Shown here: piece by piece, positions 11,458 through 22,535 of the stretch
How positions within the stretch are numbered: position 1 is the stretch's first letter
Layout of the letters: each line of letters begins with the position of its first letter
Source of the DNA: a virus
Direction: 5' to 3' (one strand)
UHGV virus genome: UHGV-0136052
Length of the DNA: 37,081 bases
Notes under the pieces: model-generated
What the model saw: the letters and a program-made list of their open reading frames with translations, nothing else
What the model was told of the DNA's origin: nothing
Database searches by the model: none
Program-made: the position numbers and the translations under genes

Positions 11458-11677
11458 CTGCTGCCGCCTTAGGTTTTCGACCAGGCTTTTTACGCTGTTT
11501 TTCTTCTGGCTCTGGCTCTGGCTCTGGCTCTGCAACATCCTTCAGAAGGTCATCCGGATGTGCAAACCAACCAGCATCCAGATATTCCTGAAGCTCTTCG
11601 GCTTTCACGATTTCAAAGTCGTAGCCAACGCCTTTCCACTTCTTCATGTCGCCATGACGAAAGATCATGTGTGTCAT
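11435..11677 (-). CDS. Small ORF between coat and gp4 with EPEPEPEP low-complexity segment
   Basis: Position equivalent to a small ORF after the P22 coat gene; start uncertain. Confidence 0.35.
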   Translation of the reverse strand: MTHMIFRHGDMKKWKGVGYDFEIVKAEELQEYLDAGWFAHPDDLLKDVAEPEPEPEPEEKQRKKPGRKPKAAADEPDNEG

Positions 11678-11721
11678 GCTTGTCTCCAGATAAAAAAGGG
11701 AGCCGAAGCTCCCTCTGGTTA

Positions 11722-13017
11722 TCACGCGGTCTGGTTAGGCAGACCAACACCAATTGCCTCTGGTCGTACAGCACATGCTGAATACCACACAGCAATACGG
11801 CACTTACCAGACAGAGTGTTGATATCACCCTGCGTTGCGAAGATGCCGTTAACACCAATACCAGGAATGCTGAAGGAAGACGTTTTCATACCAGCAAACA
11901 GTTCATGGGTTACCGGGATCGGCTGAGACAGCAGGCGGATTGAGTCATCAGCCCAGAACACGTTAGCGGTGGTTGTTGCCACGTTCAGAACGTTCACCGG
12001 AGTGTTATCAGCAAGAGAGGTGTTTACATTAGCGTAAGCCTTCTCTTCTTTTGTCAGTGACGCGTCATCCAGTGCAATCGGCTTCGGCGTGATTTCGATG
12101 TGAGTACTATCGATCACACGGGTGATTGAGAAAGTCGCATCATCAGTCAGCACGTTCTTCGCCATCTGAGACAGGAATTTCACACCAGTGAAGCTGATTT
12201 TGTCGCCGCGCTTAAATCCGGCGGTGGAGGATACGGTCACCGTTGCAACACGATTGTCGACGTTCTCTTTGTTACCATCGGTATCAAGGGTGTATGCCTG
12301 CGGCTTAAACTTCTGCGCACCAGAAACAGTTACACCAGTAGCGGTTGATTTGGTAACTGCCGGAAGTTTCGGTGAGCGAAGAATTTCATCAAAGCCAGCA
12401 ATCTGACGCTGAATAGTACCGTTGCGATACGCTTCTTCAGGAACTCGCCCGAAGATGTCGCCATCTACCAAGTTGCGGCCTGCTTTGCGGTAATCGTCAG
12501 GGTTCAGGAAGTAACTGATGCCCATGTCGCGGTTGAGTTCGCGGGAGAACATCAGGCGCTCTGCATCAGACACAAAATCCCAGCCAGACAGGCCTGTAGA
12601 TGGACCAATTGCGCGGGTATCGTGAACAACAAGCGAACCCATTTCAGTTGCCTGTTTGGCAATCGCTGACTCAATGTTATTCGCCAGTTTTTTGGCGGAT
12701 GCCTGGATGCGGCGACGGTAAGAACGCTCATCACGCAGGTCATCTGCACGAAGCTCGAAGAAATCGTTATCCGGATCGCCCATGTTGCATTTCACGGAGA
12801 GTTCCAGAATCCCTGTTGCGTTGCCAGTTAAATCCCAGCCAGTCTGGGTTGGCGCTTCCTGCTCAACAGGCATCCACACGGTATTGCTTGAACGCTGCAT
12901 GGATTTTGCCGGAGGGGTGTATTTTGTCACTTTGGACGCCATTGGCGTCAGGTTCTGGACGGTTTCGATGATTTCATCCAGAGCATACGTGACCAGTTGA
13001 CCTTCATTTAATGCCAT
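11722..13017 (-). CDS. Major coat protein, P22 gp5-like
   Basis: 431 aa; MALNEGQ...MQRSSNT.WMPVEQE...[21 protein letters not shown]...ATQGDI.TLSG.CRIA.WY match recalled P22 coat. Confidence 0.9.
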   Translation of the reverse strand: MALNEGQLVTYALDEIIETVQNLTPMASKVTKYTPPAKSMQRSSNTVWMPVEQEAPTQTGWDLTGNATGILELSVKCNMGDPDNDFFELRADDLRDERSYRRRIQASAKKLANNIESAIAKQATEMGSLVVHDTRAIGPSTGLSGWDFVSDAERLMFSRELNRDMGISYFLNPDDYRKAGRNLVDGDIFGRVPEEAYRNGTIQRQIAGFDEILRSPKLPAVTKSTATGVTVSGAQKFKPQAYTLDTDGNKENVDNRVATVTVSSTAGFKRGDKISFTGVKFLSQMAKNVLTDDATFSITRVIDSTHIEITPKPIALDDASLTKEEKAYANVNTSLADNTPVNVLNVATTTANVFWADDSIRLLSQPIPVTHELFAGMKTSSFSIPGIGVNGIFATQGDINTLSGKCRIAVWYSACAVRPEAIGVGLPNQTA

Positions 13018-13928
13018 TATCGAATTCCTTTATTCAGTTGCGCCTTAAGCTTGCGGTACGTCTCTACATCCCCTTTGTTTGCTGCCGCTTCCATCTGCTT
13101 TTCAATCGCAGAGATATTTGCAGCAACAGCGTGTCCCTGAATTGGTTCATCAGGTAACGGGGCTTCTGAAACAGGCTTGGCTCGAGGCTTGAGAGTTAAA
13201 CGTTCTGACAGTCGAGTGAGTTCAATCAGCGCGGATTGCCCGTCCATCGCCAGCAACTGGCGTGTTTTCTCAGGATTAGCACCAAGGTGATACATGAGAG
13301 CGGCGGATTTCTCCGGGAAGAGGCGCATGATGTCGGCACCGACTGCTGGCGGCACCAGTTGCATGAATGCATCCTCTTTCTCCTGATAGTCAGGGATATT
13401 GAGCTTTTCCGCTGCGTCGTAGTGCTTACGGGCTGCCTCGACGTATTGCGCTGATTGCTGGGTGAACTCCTGAGTTTTGCGCCCCTGCTCGGCGACAGCC
13501 TGGCTTCGTGCGTCCATAGCCTTGATCTGCCATTCACTGTTTGCCTGCTGGAAGGCAGCCAGTGCGCGGCTCTGGTCATAGTCGTACTTAGCCAGTGCAT
13601 CTTCGGAAAGATAATCGTTAGGGTCTGGTTGTTTTGGTAACTCAGGGTTCACCCGCAGGTGTTCCGGCAATTCTCCACGCTTAACCGCTTCCATCTGCTG
13701 CTCAAGCTCACGCTGGCGTTTGCGTTCGATGCGGCGACGGGCAAATTCAGCATTAGTTGCCGGGTCTTGTTTTGGTTTCTCATCGTCTTTCAGGACAATC
13801 TCGAAGCCTTCTTCCTGACCTGCGTTGTCGTTGGCATTATCGACAACTAAGCCATCAGCAGATGCCGCTGCATGATTGCCGGGCAGGGTTAATTCTTCAG
13901 AAGCCTGAATGTCGGTGGTTTGGTCCAT
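13017..13928 (-). CDS. Scaffolding protein, P22 gp8-like
   Basis: 303 aa, charged helical, between portal and coat. Confidence 0.85.
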   Translation of the reverse strand: MDQTTDIQASEELTLPGNHAAASADGLVVDNANDNAGQEEGFEIVLKDDEKPKQDPATNAEFARRRIERKRQRELEQQMEAVKRGELPEHLRVNPELPKQPDPNDYLSEDALAKYDYDQSRALAAFQQANSEWQIKAMDARSQAVAEQGRKTQEFTQQSAQYVEAARKHYDAAEKLNIPDYQEKEDAFMQLVPPAVGADIMRLFPEKSAALMYHLGANPEKTRQLLAMDGQSALIELTRLSERLTLKPRAKPVSEAPLPDEPIQGHAVAANISAIEKQMEAAANKGDVETYRKLKAQLNKGIR

Positions 13929-13941
13929 GATTAACTCTCTC

Positions 13942-16107
13942 TTATTGAGGTGTCTCGGCTACTCCGCCGGAGGGGATTTGAACTTGACGCATAAGATTAG
14001 CGAAATCCATGCGTTGTGAATGAGTCTGGTCTGCATCTTTAAGAAGCAGCTCAGCGTTAGCACGAGCATCTTTGCTGCGCTGTTGCTGGAATTGACCTAC
14101 GAGCTTGAGGTACTCACGCAGTTCTGCCTGCTTGTCGAGGTCCATATTGTTGAAGATTTCTGCAATCTTCGCGGCGTTGAGTTGGTTTTGGGCTTCAACC
14201 TTGGCGGCTTCAACCTGAATCTGCGCCTGTTGGTTCTCTGCCTTGAGCAATTCAGCCTGACCTTGCAGAAGGATACCCTGCGCCTGAATTTGCTCTGCTG
14301 ATGGCTGCTGCGGCTGTTGTTGTGCCTGCTGTACCATCTCCATCTCTTCAGGTGTTTCTGGTTTCTTCAGCCCCATCATCACCAGTTGCTTGTTCGCGTA
14401 CTCTCGCATCATCTCGACGCCTTTACCGTCAAGCAGCGTGAAGTATTGCAGCATCAGCATCTGGAACTCTGGAGTACCTTGCGGAACCTTGGTTAGTAAC
14501 TCCTGAATCTCTGCGCGGTTCTGTTCCTTCATGCTCTGGAAGGATGGCCCAACGTCCGTATAGCACTCATAGCGACCACGAATGTCGTTGAGTGTGACCA
14601 CATTGCCGGACTGGTAATCGACAACTTGCGCATAGAGTTGAACGTCTTTCTCGCTTCCATCTTCAAGTGTCAGCGTTACATGACGAGGAACGTCATAAAT
14701 ATCGTTGACCATTGAGGCATAAATCTCGCCATCACGTCGCATTGCGGTAGCCAGGTTATCCTGGAACACGTATGTCTCAAGGTCTGCCCGCATGTTCAGT
14801 TGATTGACGGTATCGAAAGCGACCTGACCATTTGCCGCCTGCGCATCCACACCAAGACTAGCCACCTCTTTCACTGCGTTGGTGGCAGCCTCAAGCATGT
14901 AAGCGTTGGCTTGCGGCACTTCAGGGTTTTCCATGTAGGAGATTGGACCAATCGGCAGGTCGTTACCGTTTTCATCGGTCTTGTTCTGCAGATAGTACGG
15001 ATAGTCATCATTTCCACCGTACATGTATTCGTAGCCTTCGATTTGCTCAGGGAAGAAGGTCGGTTTCTTCTTCGGTGAACGAGCAACAATATCGGCGTTG
15101 AATGACATGATCATGTTACGAAGGCGCTGACCGTCTTTCGTCAGCCTTACCACTCCTTCGTAGCACTCCTTGTCACCAGCGAATGACCATTCGCCATACA
15201 CTGGAACGATTGGAATATGCTCTCCGGCTATCTTCTCGCGGTCTTTCAGTATCTGCGTGCAGGTGATGATCGACTTATACACACGCCGACGCTTCACCTT
15301 GCGCTCTGCTACCTTAATGAATCCACGATTAGCCAGGTCGTCGATGACGTCTTTGATATCCTGCTGGTAATAGCTGACCGGCTCACCTGTCAGCGGGTCG
15401 CGGTAGATGAAGACCTTCTCTTTCTTCTCTTCGACCTCGTAATACTCAGCGACGTAGACGACATCATTCGATACCCAAGGGAACAGCCATGTATCGTTCG
15501 GATTCTGGAAAGATGGCAAGGTATCCGGATCAATACCGTAATCCTCTGCGAACTCTTTCCAGCCATTGCGTGACAAAGCGTTAATCACCGTGCAGTGCTT
15601 AGCGTCGCTCTTATCCATCTGCTTGCTATTGGCGTCCCATATGACGTGTGAGCAGGCTTCATGGATTGGAAGGCGTCGGATTACCTGATTGTTGCTTGTT
15701 GGATCGTTGTCTTCGTACTGCGTGACCAGACGCCATGCACCAACGCCGGACTCTATCTGCTCACGAACGCCAACGTTAACGGCAATCTTTGCCGTGTTAT
15801 GGCGCATATCAGTACGATACATCCCCATCAACACATCGGCAGCATCAGGATTAGCGCCGTCTTTGGGTCGGAAGAGAACGTCGATAGGGTTCCGGCGCAT
15901 CTCTGCGACCAGTTTCCTGACCACCGGGCGAACAACATCGAATTGTCCGCGATATTGCAGAGTCGTGTAGTTTGATAGCCAGTCATCCCATTGCGACACT
16001 CGGCTAAAATACAGGTCATTTGTCGCCTCGGTTCTGGCTTCATCGCTCGCCATCCAGTCTGCGTCAAACTTACACAGAATGGAATTGAGTCTGTTTTCGT
16101 CGGCCAT
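13942..16107 (-). CDS. Portal protein, P22 gp1-like
   Basis: 721 aa; N-terminus [18 protein letters not shown]...[35 protein letters not shown] matches recalled P22 portal. Confidence 0.92.
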   Translation of the reverse strand: MADENRLNSILCKFDADWMASDEARTEATNDLYFSRVSQWDDWLSNYTTLQYRGQFDVVRPVVRKLVAEMRRNPIDVLFRPKDGANPDAADVLMGMYRTDMRHNTAKIAVNVGVREQIESGVGAWRLVTQYEDNDPTSNNQVIRRLPIHEACSHVIWDANSKQMDKSDAKHCTVINALSRNGWKEFAEDYGIDPDTLPSFQNPNDTWLFPWVSNDVVYVAEYYEVEEKKEKVFIYRDPLTGEPVSYYQQDIKDVIDDLANRGFIKVAERKVKRRRVYKSIITCTQILKDREKIAGEHIPIVPVYGEWSFAGDKECYEGVVRLTKDGQRLRNMIMSFNADIVARSPKKKPTFFPEQIEGYEYMYGGNDDYPYYLQNKTDENGNDLPIGPISYMENPEVPQANAYMLEAATNAVKEVASLGVDAQAANGQVAFDTVNQLNMRADLETYVFQDNLATAMRRDGEIYASMVNDIYDVPRHVTLTLEDGSEKDVQLYAQVVDYQSGNVVTLNDIRGRYECYTDVGPSFQSMKEQNRAEIQELLTKVPQGTPEFQMLMLQYFTLLDGKGVEMMREYANKQLVMMGLKKPETPEEMEMVQQAQQQPQQPSAEQIQAQGILLQGQAELLKAENQQAQIQVEAAKVEAQNQLNAAKIAEIFNNMDLDKQAELREYLKLVGQFQQQRSKDARANAELLLKDADQTHSQRMDFANLMRQVQIPSGGVAETPQ

Positions 16108-17607
16108 TTAAGTTCTCCGTGCGATGGGCCTGATTGGGGCTGGTATCTTTTTCTCTTTTGGTTTTTTGATGTCGCGCATCATTTTTGCGAAGCGGCGCAT
16201 CATGTATGCATAGCGAACGGCGGATAGCACGTCGTCGTTAAGCTTGACGATTTTCCCGTTTTCATCACGGTGATAGAGGCGGAACTCCTCAAAGAATGGC
16301 TCACAGGTGTTGAATACTTTGAAGCGACCGTCGAGCATCATGTCTCGCAATTCAGTGATGCCAGGCTCAACAGCATTACCGCCATCAGGCCATGTCGCAT
16401 GCTCCTGCAACATCATAAAACCAGCGTCCGCGTACTGCCCTTTAAGCTGCTCACCGCCGCCCTTCTCATGCTGGTTTCCGTCATGAGGCCATGCGGTTGG
16501 CACTTTATGCGCCCATGATTTAACAGCTCACCACGCCTGAACGGCTGTCTTTTCTTTCGCCTTCCACACGCGTGAAACGTAGATTGTGTCTGCGTCCTTA
16601 TCCCACCAAAGCTGAACCTGCGCCTGAGGGTGATCCCATCCGAAATCCATCCCACCAATTACGTAGAAGTGATCAGGACACTCGAACGGCTGACACTTAA
16701 TCGTCTCTTCCGGTATCTGGAAGATTCGACCGCTACCCATCGTAGGAATACCGCGAGCACGCGCCTCTCTCTCATGCTCTGGATAGGATGCGATGATTTG
16801 CTCTTTCTGCTCGTCGGTATAGTGCTCAGCGTCATAGATGGTCATGTTGACCACTTTCTGCGACTTGCTGGGGTTCTTCAGGAACTTGGTAACAACGTCA
16901 GACATCCCCATCAGCGGGGTAAACGTCAGAATTGAGAATTGCCCGTATTTGTTGGTACGGGTAAGCCCTTCGCCATAAATGCTGTATGGTGGTTCTTCGT
17001 CAAACCACACGCCGTGGATTGTGTCACCCTGCCAGCGAGCACGGCCTTGCGAGTATGGTTTGAAGTAGCAGATTGAAATGCCATCTTCAACGCCATCAGC
17101 CGTGTGATGCTTAACCAGAAGATGATCAACAAGGTTCGGAAAGAAAGGAGACTTCTTCCAGCTAATGATGTCTTCTTTCGGTATGGAACCGTAGCCAGGT
17201 TCACCATTCTCTTCGATACGACCGCACAGGATGCGTTGAGTCGTTTTGGTTACAGTCTCGTTTGTCTCTCCACCAATCCAGAAGACAACAGGCTCATAGA
17301 AACGCTTACCTTTCCACTCACCGCCATATTTACCATCAGCAGGATAGCCTTTTGTGCCCGGATAACGCCCGGTAAGGTGAAACGCGACTTCAGCAGCACC
17401 AGTAAATGACTTACCAAGCTGGTTACCAGCCATAAAACATCGCTCTGGATAGTCATGCCCGGCGTCGATGAACTCACGCTGTTTGCTGTATGGCGTAAAT
17501 TCATATAGCAGGTGTGTGTTACGGTAGTTCTCTTCTTCTTCGAGTAGCTCGAGCAATTCGATTTGCTCTTCGTCGCTCAGGTTATCAAGAATCGCGTCCA
17601 GTTCCAC
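16108..17607 (-). pseudogene. Terminase large subunit, P22 gp2-like, interrupted by in-frame TGA at 16528-16530 (codon 360 of 499)
   Basis: Two ORFs (359 aa and 131 aa) share one frame and are separated only by a TGA; total 499 codons equals recalled P22 gp2 length. Confidence 0.75.
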
Positions 17608-18073
17608 GGTTGAATAGCTCCTTGATACGAGAGCGTCGCTTATCGCGATCTCCCTTATCAGGTGTCACGTCTTCAACTTGCGACTGCTCTTTGAGGCCCA
17701 AATCACGGGCGATGATGTTAGCGTTGAGAAGGTCAGCAGCAGCGCCAGAGAATTTCTGGTCGTAGATGACCTGTTCTGCTCGCGTAACGACTTCAGATAA
17801 ATCTTCTCGCAGGCGATATGTGCGCCATGTTTCAAGCGTCACATCAATGAACAGAGTGAGTCCGGTAATGGTCATCGCTCGCATCTTGGCGATAGGCTCT
17901 TGTATCACTTCACCCTGATACGAGAACGCCTTCATCTCCCATAGCGGGTTAGCTTCCACCCACTCGAAGTATTCACAACAAGCAGCCCACAGCGCCTCAG
18001 GCGATTCGAATTTAGGGTTTCGCCCATGACTACTGCGGGCCTCCCAAAATCGGTTGCCCTTTGGTGCTGCCAT
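17585..18073 (-). CDS. Terminase small subunit, P22 gp3-like
   Basis: [46 protein letters not shown]... matches recalled P22 gp3, 162 aa from second Met. Confidence 0.9.
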   Translation of the reverse strand: MAAPKGNRFWEARSSHGRNPKFESPEALWAACCEYFEWVEANPLWEMKAFSYQGEVIQEPIAKMRAMTITGLTLFIDVTLETWRTYRLREDLSEVVTRAEQVIYDQKFSGAAADLLNANIIARDLGLKEQSQVEDVTPDKGDRDKRRSRIKELFNRGTGRDS

Positions 18074-18096
18074 ATTCATCTCACTTAGTTGTTATT

Positions 18097-18495
18097 TCAG
18101 GCTGATGACTCTTTCGCGCTTTCAATCAGTGACTGCTTCAGCAAGTAACCTTCGAGCATCCAGATTTTGCTTACAGCATTCTGCCGGGCAATCTTCCGAC
18201 CAATTTCTGCATCAAAGTTTTCCGGGCTTGCACAGGCACTCTCTCCGGTGACGGTGAAGCCATTCTTCAGCACCAGTACGCAGAAAGTGAGCAACTTCAA
18301 TGGTGATAAATCACGATCGCCTTCTTCTGGTTTTTCCCTGCCACAATATTCGTTGCTGGAAATGGCACCATTACGTCCATCATAAGCAGTAAAGTAATGC
18401 TCGCTTTTAATCACGTCTTCGATGTGCTGAGGAGTGATTCGCGGGGCTGTTTTGCCTTTCTCAACGATTTCTTTTTCGATTTGCTGGTCGCTCAT
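18097..18495 (-). CDS. Hypothetical phage protein upstream of terminase (possibly N4 gp49 / Sf6 gene 66 family)
   Basis: 132 aa ORF immediately before small terminase; family assignment from memory only. Confidence 0.4.
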   Translation of the reverse strand: MSDQQIEKEIVEKGKTAPRITPQHIEDVIKSEHYFTAYDGRNGAISSNEYCGREKPEEGDRDLSPLKLLTFCVLVLKNGFTVTGESACASPENFDAEIGRKIARQNAVSKIWMLEGYLLKQSLIESAKESSA

Positions 18496-18783
18496 AATTA
18501 TGACCCTGTAGAGTGGTTGCTTGATTAGGATGTCTTTCCATCAGTCCGCCACCACAAAGAATCTTTTTTGCCATAAGGCAGGAGGTTCATCTTTCAGTGG
18601 CTGCCGGTGTTATTTCCCCACTTACTGGCTTGGGTTGCTTCGTGGTACTGCCGTAACTGGTTGCCAAGAATAAATTCCGGTTTCATTATCAAGCCCACCC
18701 GTAGATGGGCTTTGTAATGGATAGCCGTTGCTCAGTTCTCGTAATGCTTTGATTTTTCCGATAACGCAGTTTTGCGTTTGCCA

Positions 18784-19305
18784 TCAGCACGCGATATCGA
18801 GAGTCAACTGCAGTTGCTCGCGCCAGTACTCAACATTTGCTTCAATAACCGGCTTATCCCATCGCCAGCGAGCCATCTCTCTTGCCCCATTGCTGGCTTT
18901 TGATTTCCGGTCATCGCGAATGCGACATGCTTGCTCATATTTCTGCTGCTCAGTCAGTTCACCGCGAAGCAGACTATCAATGTGCAGGTCGCACCACACA
19001 GCAAAACGAGCATCACACCAACGGGCAAATGCAACTGAAAGTTTTGGATGTAGCCACGTACCACCACCCCTGTCCTTTCGTGCCTTGCTGGTTTTTACAT
19101 ACCTCGATTGTGAGGGATGTAAAATTTGAGATTCTTTCCCGGTCAACGCTTCGTCTAAAGCACGAACGTATTCAAGCGTTTCTGCCAAACGCATCCAGTT
19201 ATCAATGCGTTTCCCAAATCTCTCAGCAACACCTGTGACGTTGATCCAACCATCAGTGTTGAAACTGACAATTTCACCTTTGTAATTAAGTGGCACGATA
19301 TTCAT
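18784..19305 (-). CDS. KilA-N-like domain protein
   Basis: 173 aa between lysis cassette and terminase; N-terminal region resembles KilA-N/APSES-type domain. Confidence 0.45.
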   Translation of the reverse strand: MNIVPLNYKGEIVSFNTDGWINVTGVAERFGKRIDNWMRLAETLEYVRALDEALTGKESQILHPSQSRYVKTSKARKDRGGGTWLHPKLSVAFARWCDARFAVWCDLHIDSLLRGELTEQQKYEQACRIRDDRKSKASNGAREMARWRWDKPVIEANVEYWREQLQLTLDIAC

Positions 19306-19506
19306 AACGTTTACCTACCATTTGAAATGAACCTTTGCCGCATAGGAAACCAGCCCACCGAGGCTCGCCAGCACTAACTGGTATCCTCAAAGGCCCATTC
19401 CAAAGGGGCAGGTTCGGTGTAAAAAACATGCGTTGCGGTACGCATTTATTGCAAAAAGCCCCGCATCGCGAGGCTCATTAAATTGACTTTGTGATTTGCA
19501 AAAAAA

Positions 19507-19944
19507 TTATTTCAGGCATTGCGTCCTGATGTATTCTTGCAGGTAGTTAACCTGCGCGGTTATCTTGTCGATTCCACTTCGGAGACGGTAATAATTGAGT
19601 TCAGCATCTGCTGTAAGTCTTGGGCTTTCTCCATCGCCCATGCCGCTGGCTCCGGTCTTTGACTTTGCACAGGAGGCGGCGACTTGCAGCCGCTTACGCC
19701 CAGCAGAAACATCATCACGGAGACTTTCGATAGTCGCGTTAGCATCAGCAAGCTCCTTTGTATATCTGGCATCGAGTTCTGCTACATCACGTTGACGCTT
19801 CTGCATATCAGCGATGATGGATGTGGCTTTATCGCGCTGGTCTTTGTAGGCGATGGCGTTATCACGGTAATGATTAACAGCCCATGACAGGCAGACGATG
19901 ATGCAGATAACCAGAGCGGAGATAATCGCGGTGACTCTGCTCAT
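19507..19944 (-). CDS. Rz: Spanin inner-membrane subunit Rz
   Basis: N-terminus [31 protein letters not shown] matches recalled lambda Rz. Confidence 0.9.
   Translation of the reverse strand: MSRVTAIISALVICIIVCLSWAVNHYRDNAIAYKDQRDKATSIIADMQKRQRDVAELDARYTKELADANATIESLRDDVSAGRKRLQVAASCAKSKTGASGMGDGESPRLTADAELNYYRLRSGIDKITAQVNYLQEYIRTQCLK
19560..19745 (-). CDS. Rz1: Spanin outer-membrane lipoprotein Rz1, embedded in Rz in another frame
   Basis: Lipobox LLGVSGC followed by Pro-rich region. Confidence 0.7.
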   Translation of the reverse strand: MLTRLSKVSVMMFLLGVSGCKSPPPVQSQRPEPAAWAMEKAQDLQQMLNSIITVSEVESTR

Positions 19945-20417
19945 ACCTCAATCTCTCTGACCGTTCCGCCCGCTTCTTTGAATTTTGCAATCAGGCTGTC
20001 AGCCTTATGCTCGAACTGACCATAACCAGCGCCCGGCAGTGAAGCCCAGATATTGCTGCAACGGTCGATTGCCTGACGGATATCACCGCGATCAATCATC
20101 GGTAAAGCGCCACGCTCCTTAATCTGCTGCAATGCCACAGCGTCCTGGCTTTTCGGAGAGAAGTCTTTCAGGCCAAGCTGCTTACGGTAGGCATCCCACC
20201 AACGGGAAAGAAGCTGGTAACGTCCGGCGGCTGTTGATTTGAGTTTGGGGTTTAGCGTGACAAGTTTGCGAGGGTGATCGGAGTAATCAGTGAATAGCTC
20301 TCCGCCAACAATGACGTCATAACCATGATTTCTGGTTTTCTGTCGTCCGTTATCAGTTCCCTCTGACCACGCCAGCATATCGAGGAACGCCTTACGTTGA
20401 TTATTGATTTCCACCAT
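19941..20417 (-). CDS. R: Endolysin R (lytic transglycosylase), near-identical to lambda R
   Basis: 158 aa, [39 protein letters not shown]... matches recalled lambda R. Confidence 0.95.
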   Translation of the reverse strand: MVEINNQRKAFLDMLAWSEGTDNGRQKTRNHGYDVIVGGELFTDYSDHPRKLVTLNPKLKSTAAGRYQLLSRWWDAYRKQLGLKDFSPKSQDAVALQQIKERGALPMIDRGDIRQAIDRCSNIWASLPGAGYGQFEHKADSLIAKFKEAGGTVREIEV

Positions 20418-20724
20418 CTTCTACTCCGGCTTTTTTAGCAGCGAAGCGTTTGATAAGCGAACCAATCGAGTCAGTACCGATGTAGCCGATGAACACGCTC
20501 GTTATATAAGCGAGATTGCTACTTAGTCCGGCGAAGTCGAGAAGGTCACGAATGAACCAGGCGATAATGGCGCACATCGTTGCGTCGATTACTGTTTTTG
20601 TAAACGCACCGCCATTATATCTGCCGCGAAGGTACGCCATTGCAAACGCAAGGATTGCCCCGATGCCTTGTTCCTTTGCCGCGAGAATGGCGGCTAACAG
20701 GTCATGTTTTTCTGGCATCTTCAT
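20401..20724 (-). CDS. S: Holin S, near-identical to lambda S
   Basis: [39 protein letters not shown]... with Met1-Lys2-Met3 dual-start motif. Confidence 0.95.
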   Translation of the reverse strand: MKMPEKHDLLAAILAAKEQGIGAILAFAMAYLRGRYNGGAFTKTVIDATMCAIIAWFIRDLLDFAGLSSNLAYITSVFIGYIGTDSIGSLIKRFAAKKAGVEDGGNQ

Positions 20725-20966
20725 GTCTTACCCCCAATAAGGGGATTTGCTCTATTTAATTAGGAATAAGGTCGATTACTGATAGAACAAATCCAGGCTA
20801 CTGTGTTTAGTAATCAGATTTGTTCGTGACCGATATGCACGGGCAAAACGGCATGAGGTTGTTAGCGCAGCCTCTTGCCACCCGCTTTCACGAAGGTCAT
20901 GTGTAGAAGGCCGCAGCGTAACTATCACTGATGAATTCAGGATAACCAGTGGCTACGGCTCAGTTA

Positions 20967-21042
20967 TGGTGCTGATTAACGGACTTGAACCGCCACCCAT
21001 TCGCTTACAAGGCGACTGCTCTACCATTGGAGCTAAACCAGC
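20967..21042 (-). tRNA. tRNA-like gene, anticodon UGU (Thr) with encoded CCA; some stems contain G-U pairs or mismatches
   Basis: Hand-folded cloverleaf: D-arm GCTC/GAGC, anticodon loop CTTGTAA, T-loop GGTTCAAGTCC. Confidence 0.5.
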
Positions 21043-21047
21043 ATGTT

Positions 21048-21122
21048 TGGCGGGACAGCGTGGACTCGAACCACGATAAGAAGGTTAACAGCCTTCCGTA
21101 ATGACCTTTATACGACTGACCC
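21048..21122 (-). tRNA. tRNA-like gene, anticodon GUU (Asn) with encoded CCA; acceptor and D stems each contain a mismatch
   Basis: Hand-folded cloverleaf: anticodon arm GAAGG-CTGTTAA-CCTTC, T-arm CGTGG-TTCGAGT-CCACG. Confidence 0.55.
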
Positions 21123-21185
21123 AAATAAAAAAAGCCACCGTTGCAACTTAAGAGTCACTAACGGCAGCTTACCCTCTAATTATGG

Positions 21186-21704
21186 CTAAATGGCTAATTG
21201 CATGTCAAGACTTTTAACAGCAATATGCTTAACTTTCTCTACACGTTTACGCATTTTGAAAGCATTTTGCATTGGCTGGTATAAAACAAATAATGACGCT
21301 TTCAGGATGTCGTCAATTTCGTTTCTACAGGTTGCCAGTGAAGGTTTTCGCCATCCCTCGCCACCACGTCCACACATCTTGCGTGGCTTTGCAGTCGCGT
21401 GATAGTAGGATGCAATTGCTCGCTTAGATGAACCATGAGCGTAGTAGCTGAGGAGGATGCCAAAGGCTTTCTTGTCAATGCACATGACGGAATCGACGAC
21501 CTGAGAAATCAACATTCCATCATCATCATTACACATTGGCCTTGTCATAACTCTTCCCGGCTCTACGCTCTCCATGAACTTCGCTATTACGCTGCTCATG
21601 CGCTTTTCCAGACGACCTGAATAAACCCATGCTCCCCACAGTTCAAGCCAGCCACTCAGCCACTCGTGCTGCTCTTTGGTGAGGTTTAGTTCTCTTATGC
21701 TCAT
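21186..21704 (-). CDS. Q: Late-gene antiterminator Q-like
   Basis: 172 aa between nin region and lysis cassette; identity rests mainly on position. Confidence 0.6.
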   Translation of the reverse strand: MSIRELNLTKEQHEWLSGWLELWGAWVYSGRLEKRMSSVIAKFMESVEPGRVMTRPMCNDDDGMLISQVVDSVMCIDKKAFGILLSYYAHGSSKRAIASYYHATAKPRKMCGRGGEGWRKPSLATCRNEIDDILKASLFVLYQPMQNAFKMRKRVEKVKHIAVKSLDMQLAI

Positions 21705-21889
21705 CGTCTTCCCCTCTTGCCCTGTTTGACCATCAGGACGCCGTTAACTATTACGTGACGCTCGCCTTTGCTGTCTCGGTTGTACTTGAGCACTGTTCCT
21801 CTTGCGCAGGAAAGCATCCTCGCCACTTCGGTCTGATTGCCTCGTGTCTGGATAAGAAGCTCTGGTATCGTTTGAATTGTGGCGTTCAT
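21701..21889 (-). CDS. ninH: NinH-like protein
   Basis: Motif YGNQTEVAR...CSRGTV.KY...IVN.VLMV resembles recalled lambda NinH. Confidence 0.75.
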   Translation of the reverse strand: MNATIQTIPELLIQTRGNQTEVARMLSCARGTVLKYNRDSKGERHVIVNGVLMVKQGKRGRR

Positions 21890-22248
21890 ACGTTCTCCAG
21901 TTCGGTGATTTTTATTCCAAGCCTTCCTCCTGGTACTTTCACACCACGAATTACACGAATGTCGTCGAATTGCTCGTCGTCTTCCGCAAATCCGGCATGG
22001 ATAAGGGAGTCGAGTAAACCTTTAAGAATGTTGTCGAGGTCGCGGCGGCGGGAGTCTGGAACGTCTGCGATGACTTTGATGCGGAGTCGTGATTTGGTGA
22101 AAATGTCTAACTTGAGTTGGCGGATTATTTGCTGTACATCTTTTCGGTATTTCTGGCCTTTATCGCTGATGTAGTATTGGCTTCCCCGTCTTCGCCAGTA
22201 GGTATTCACCGACGGCGGGTATGGAAGCACAAACTGATATTCGTTCAT
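21886..22248 (-). CDS. rusA: Holliday junction resolvase RusA
   Basis: 120 aa; PPS.N.Y...DRRRRDLDN..K...D.L..AGF..DD motif of RusA family; occupies ninG position. Confidence 0.85.
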   Translation of the reverse strand: MNEYQFVLPYPPSVNTYWRRRGSQYYISDKGQKYRKDVQQIIRQLKLDIFTKSRLRIKVIADVPDSRRRDLDNILKGLLDSLIHAGFAEDDEQFDDIRVIRGVKVPGGRLGIKITELENV

Positions 22249-22535
22249 GACTTAATCTTCCCCTCCTTCAGCAGTATCGCCTGCGTCCTGATCACGCCTT
22301 CGAGGTGGTAAAGTCTGGCGTCTTTGTTGTCGAGGTTATGGGTGCGTCGGTCGATTTCATCGTGACACGCGCTACAAGCCCATGCGCCGATCAGGTCGTC
22401 AGGCTTCATTCCCGTTCCGCAAATTCCAGCCATCCGGTAATGTGCCAGAACTGTAGTTTCAGGATTGCCATTGCATACGCCGTAAATACGTACCTGGCAT
22501 TCTCTGCCGCGTGCTTCTTTGCGTAGGTTAGCCAT
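22245..22535 (-). CDS. Cys/His-rich nin-region protein (possibly NinX/DUF1364-like)
   Basis: 96 aa with multiple Cys/His clusters; nin-region position. Confidence 0.45.
   Translation of the reverse strand: MANLRKEARGRECQVRIYGVCNGNPETTVLAHYRMAGICGTGMKPDDLIGAWACSACHDEIDRRTHNLDNKDARLYHLEGVIRTQAILLKEGKIKS

Noticed and set aside
11458-11538. SQSQSQSQ-containing N-terminal extension of the gp4 ORF
   Set aside because: gp4 homology begins at the internal Met ([10 protein letters not shown]...); the extension arises from reading through the hexamer repeat
11640-11702. Apparent one-base discrepancy between the displayed sequence and the supplied ORF translations
   Set aside because: Most likely my own reading error at a line boundary rather than biology; ORF-track coordinates were trusted
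16528-16530. Possibility that the in-frame TGA codons (terminase here, mnt at 3223-3225) are recoded as selenocysteine or read through
   Set aside because: No SECIS-like context is evident, there are only two instances, and other genes terminate normally; nonsense mutation or sequencing error is more parsimonious
21123-21190. Possible late promoter PR'/qut and a short hairpin (GTTGCAAC) between Q and the tRNA-like genes
   Set aside because: No clear -10/-35 pair or strong terminator could be identified by eye; too uncertain to annotate
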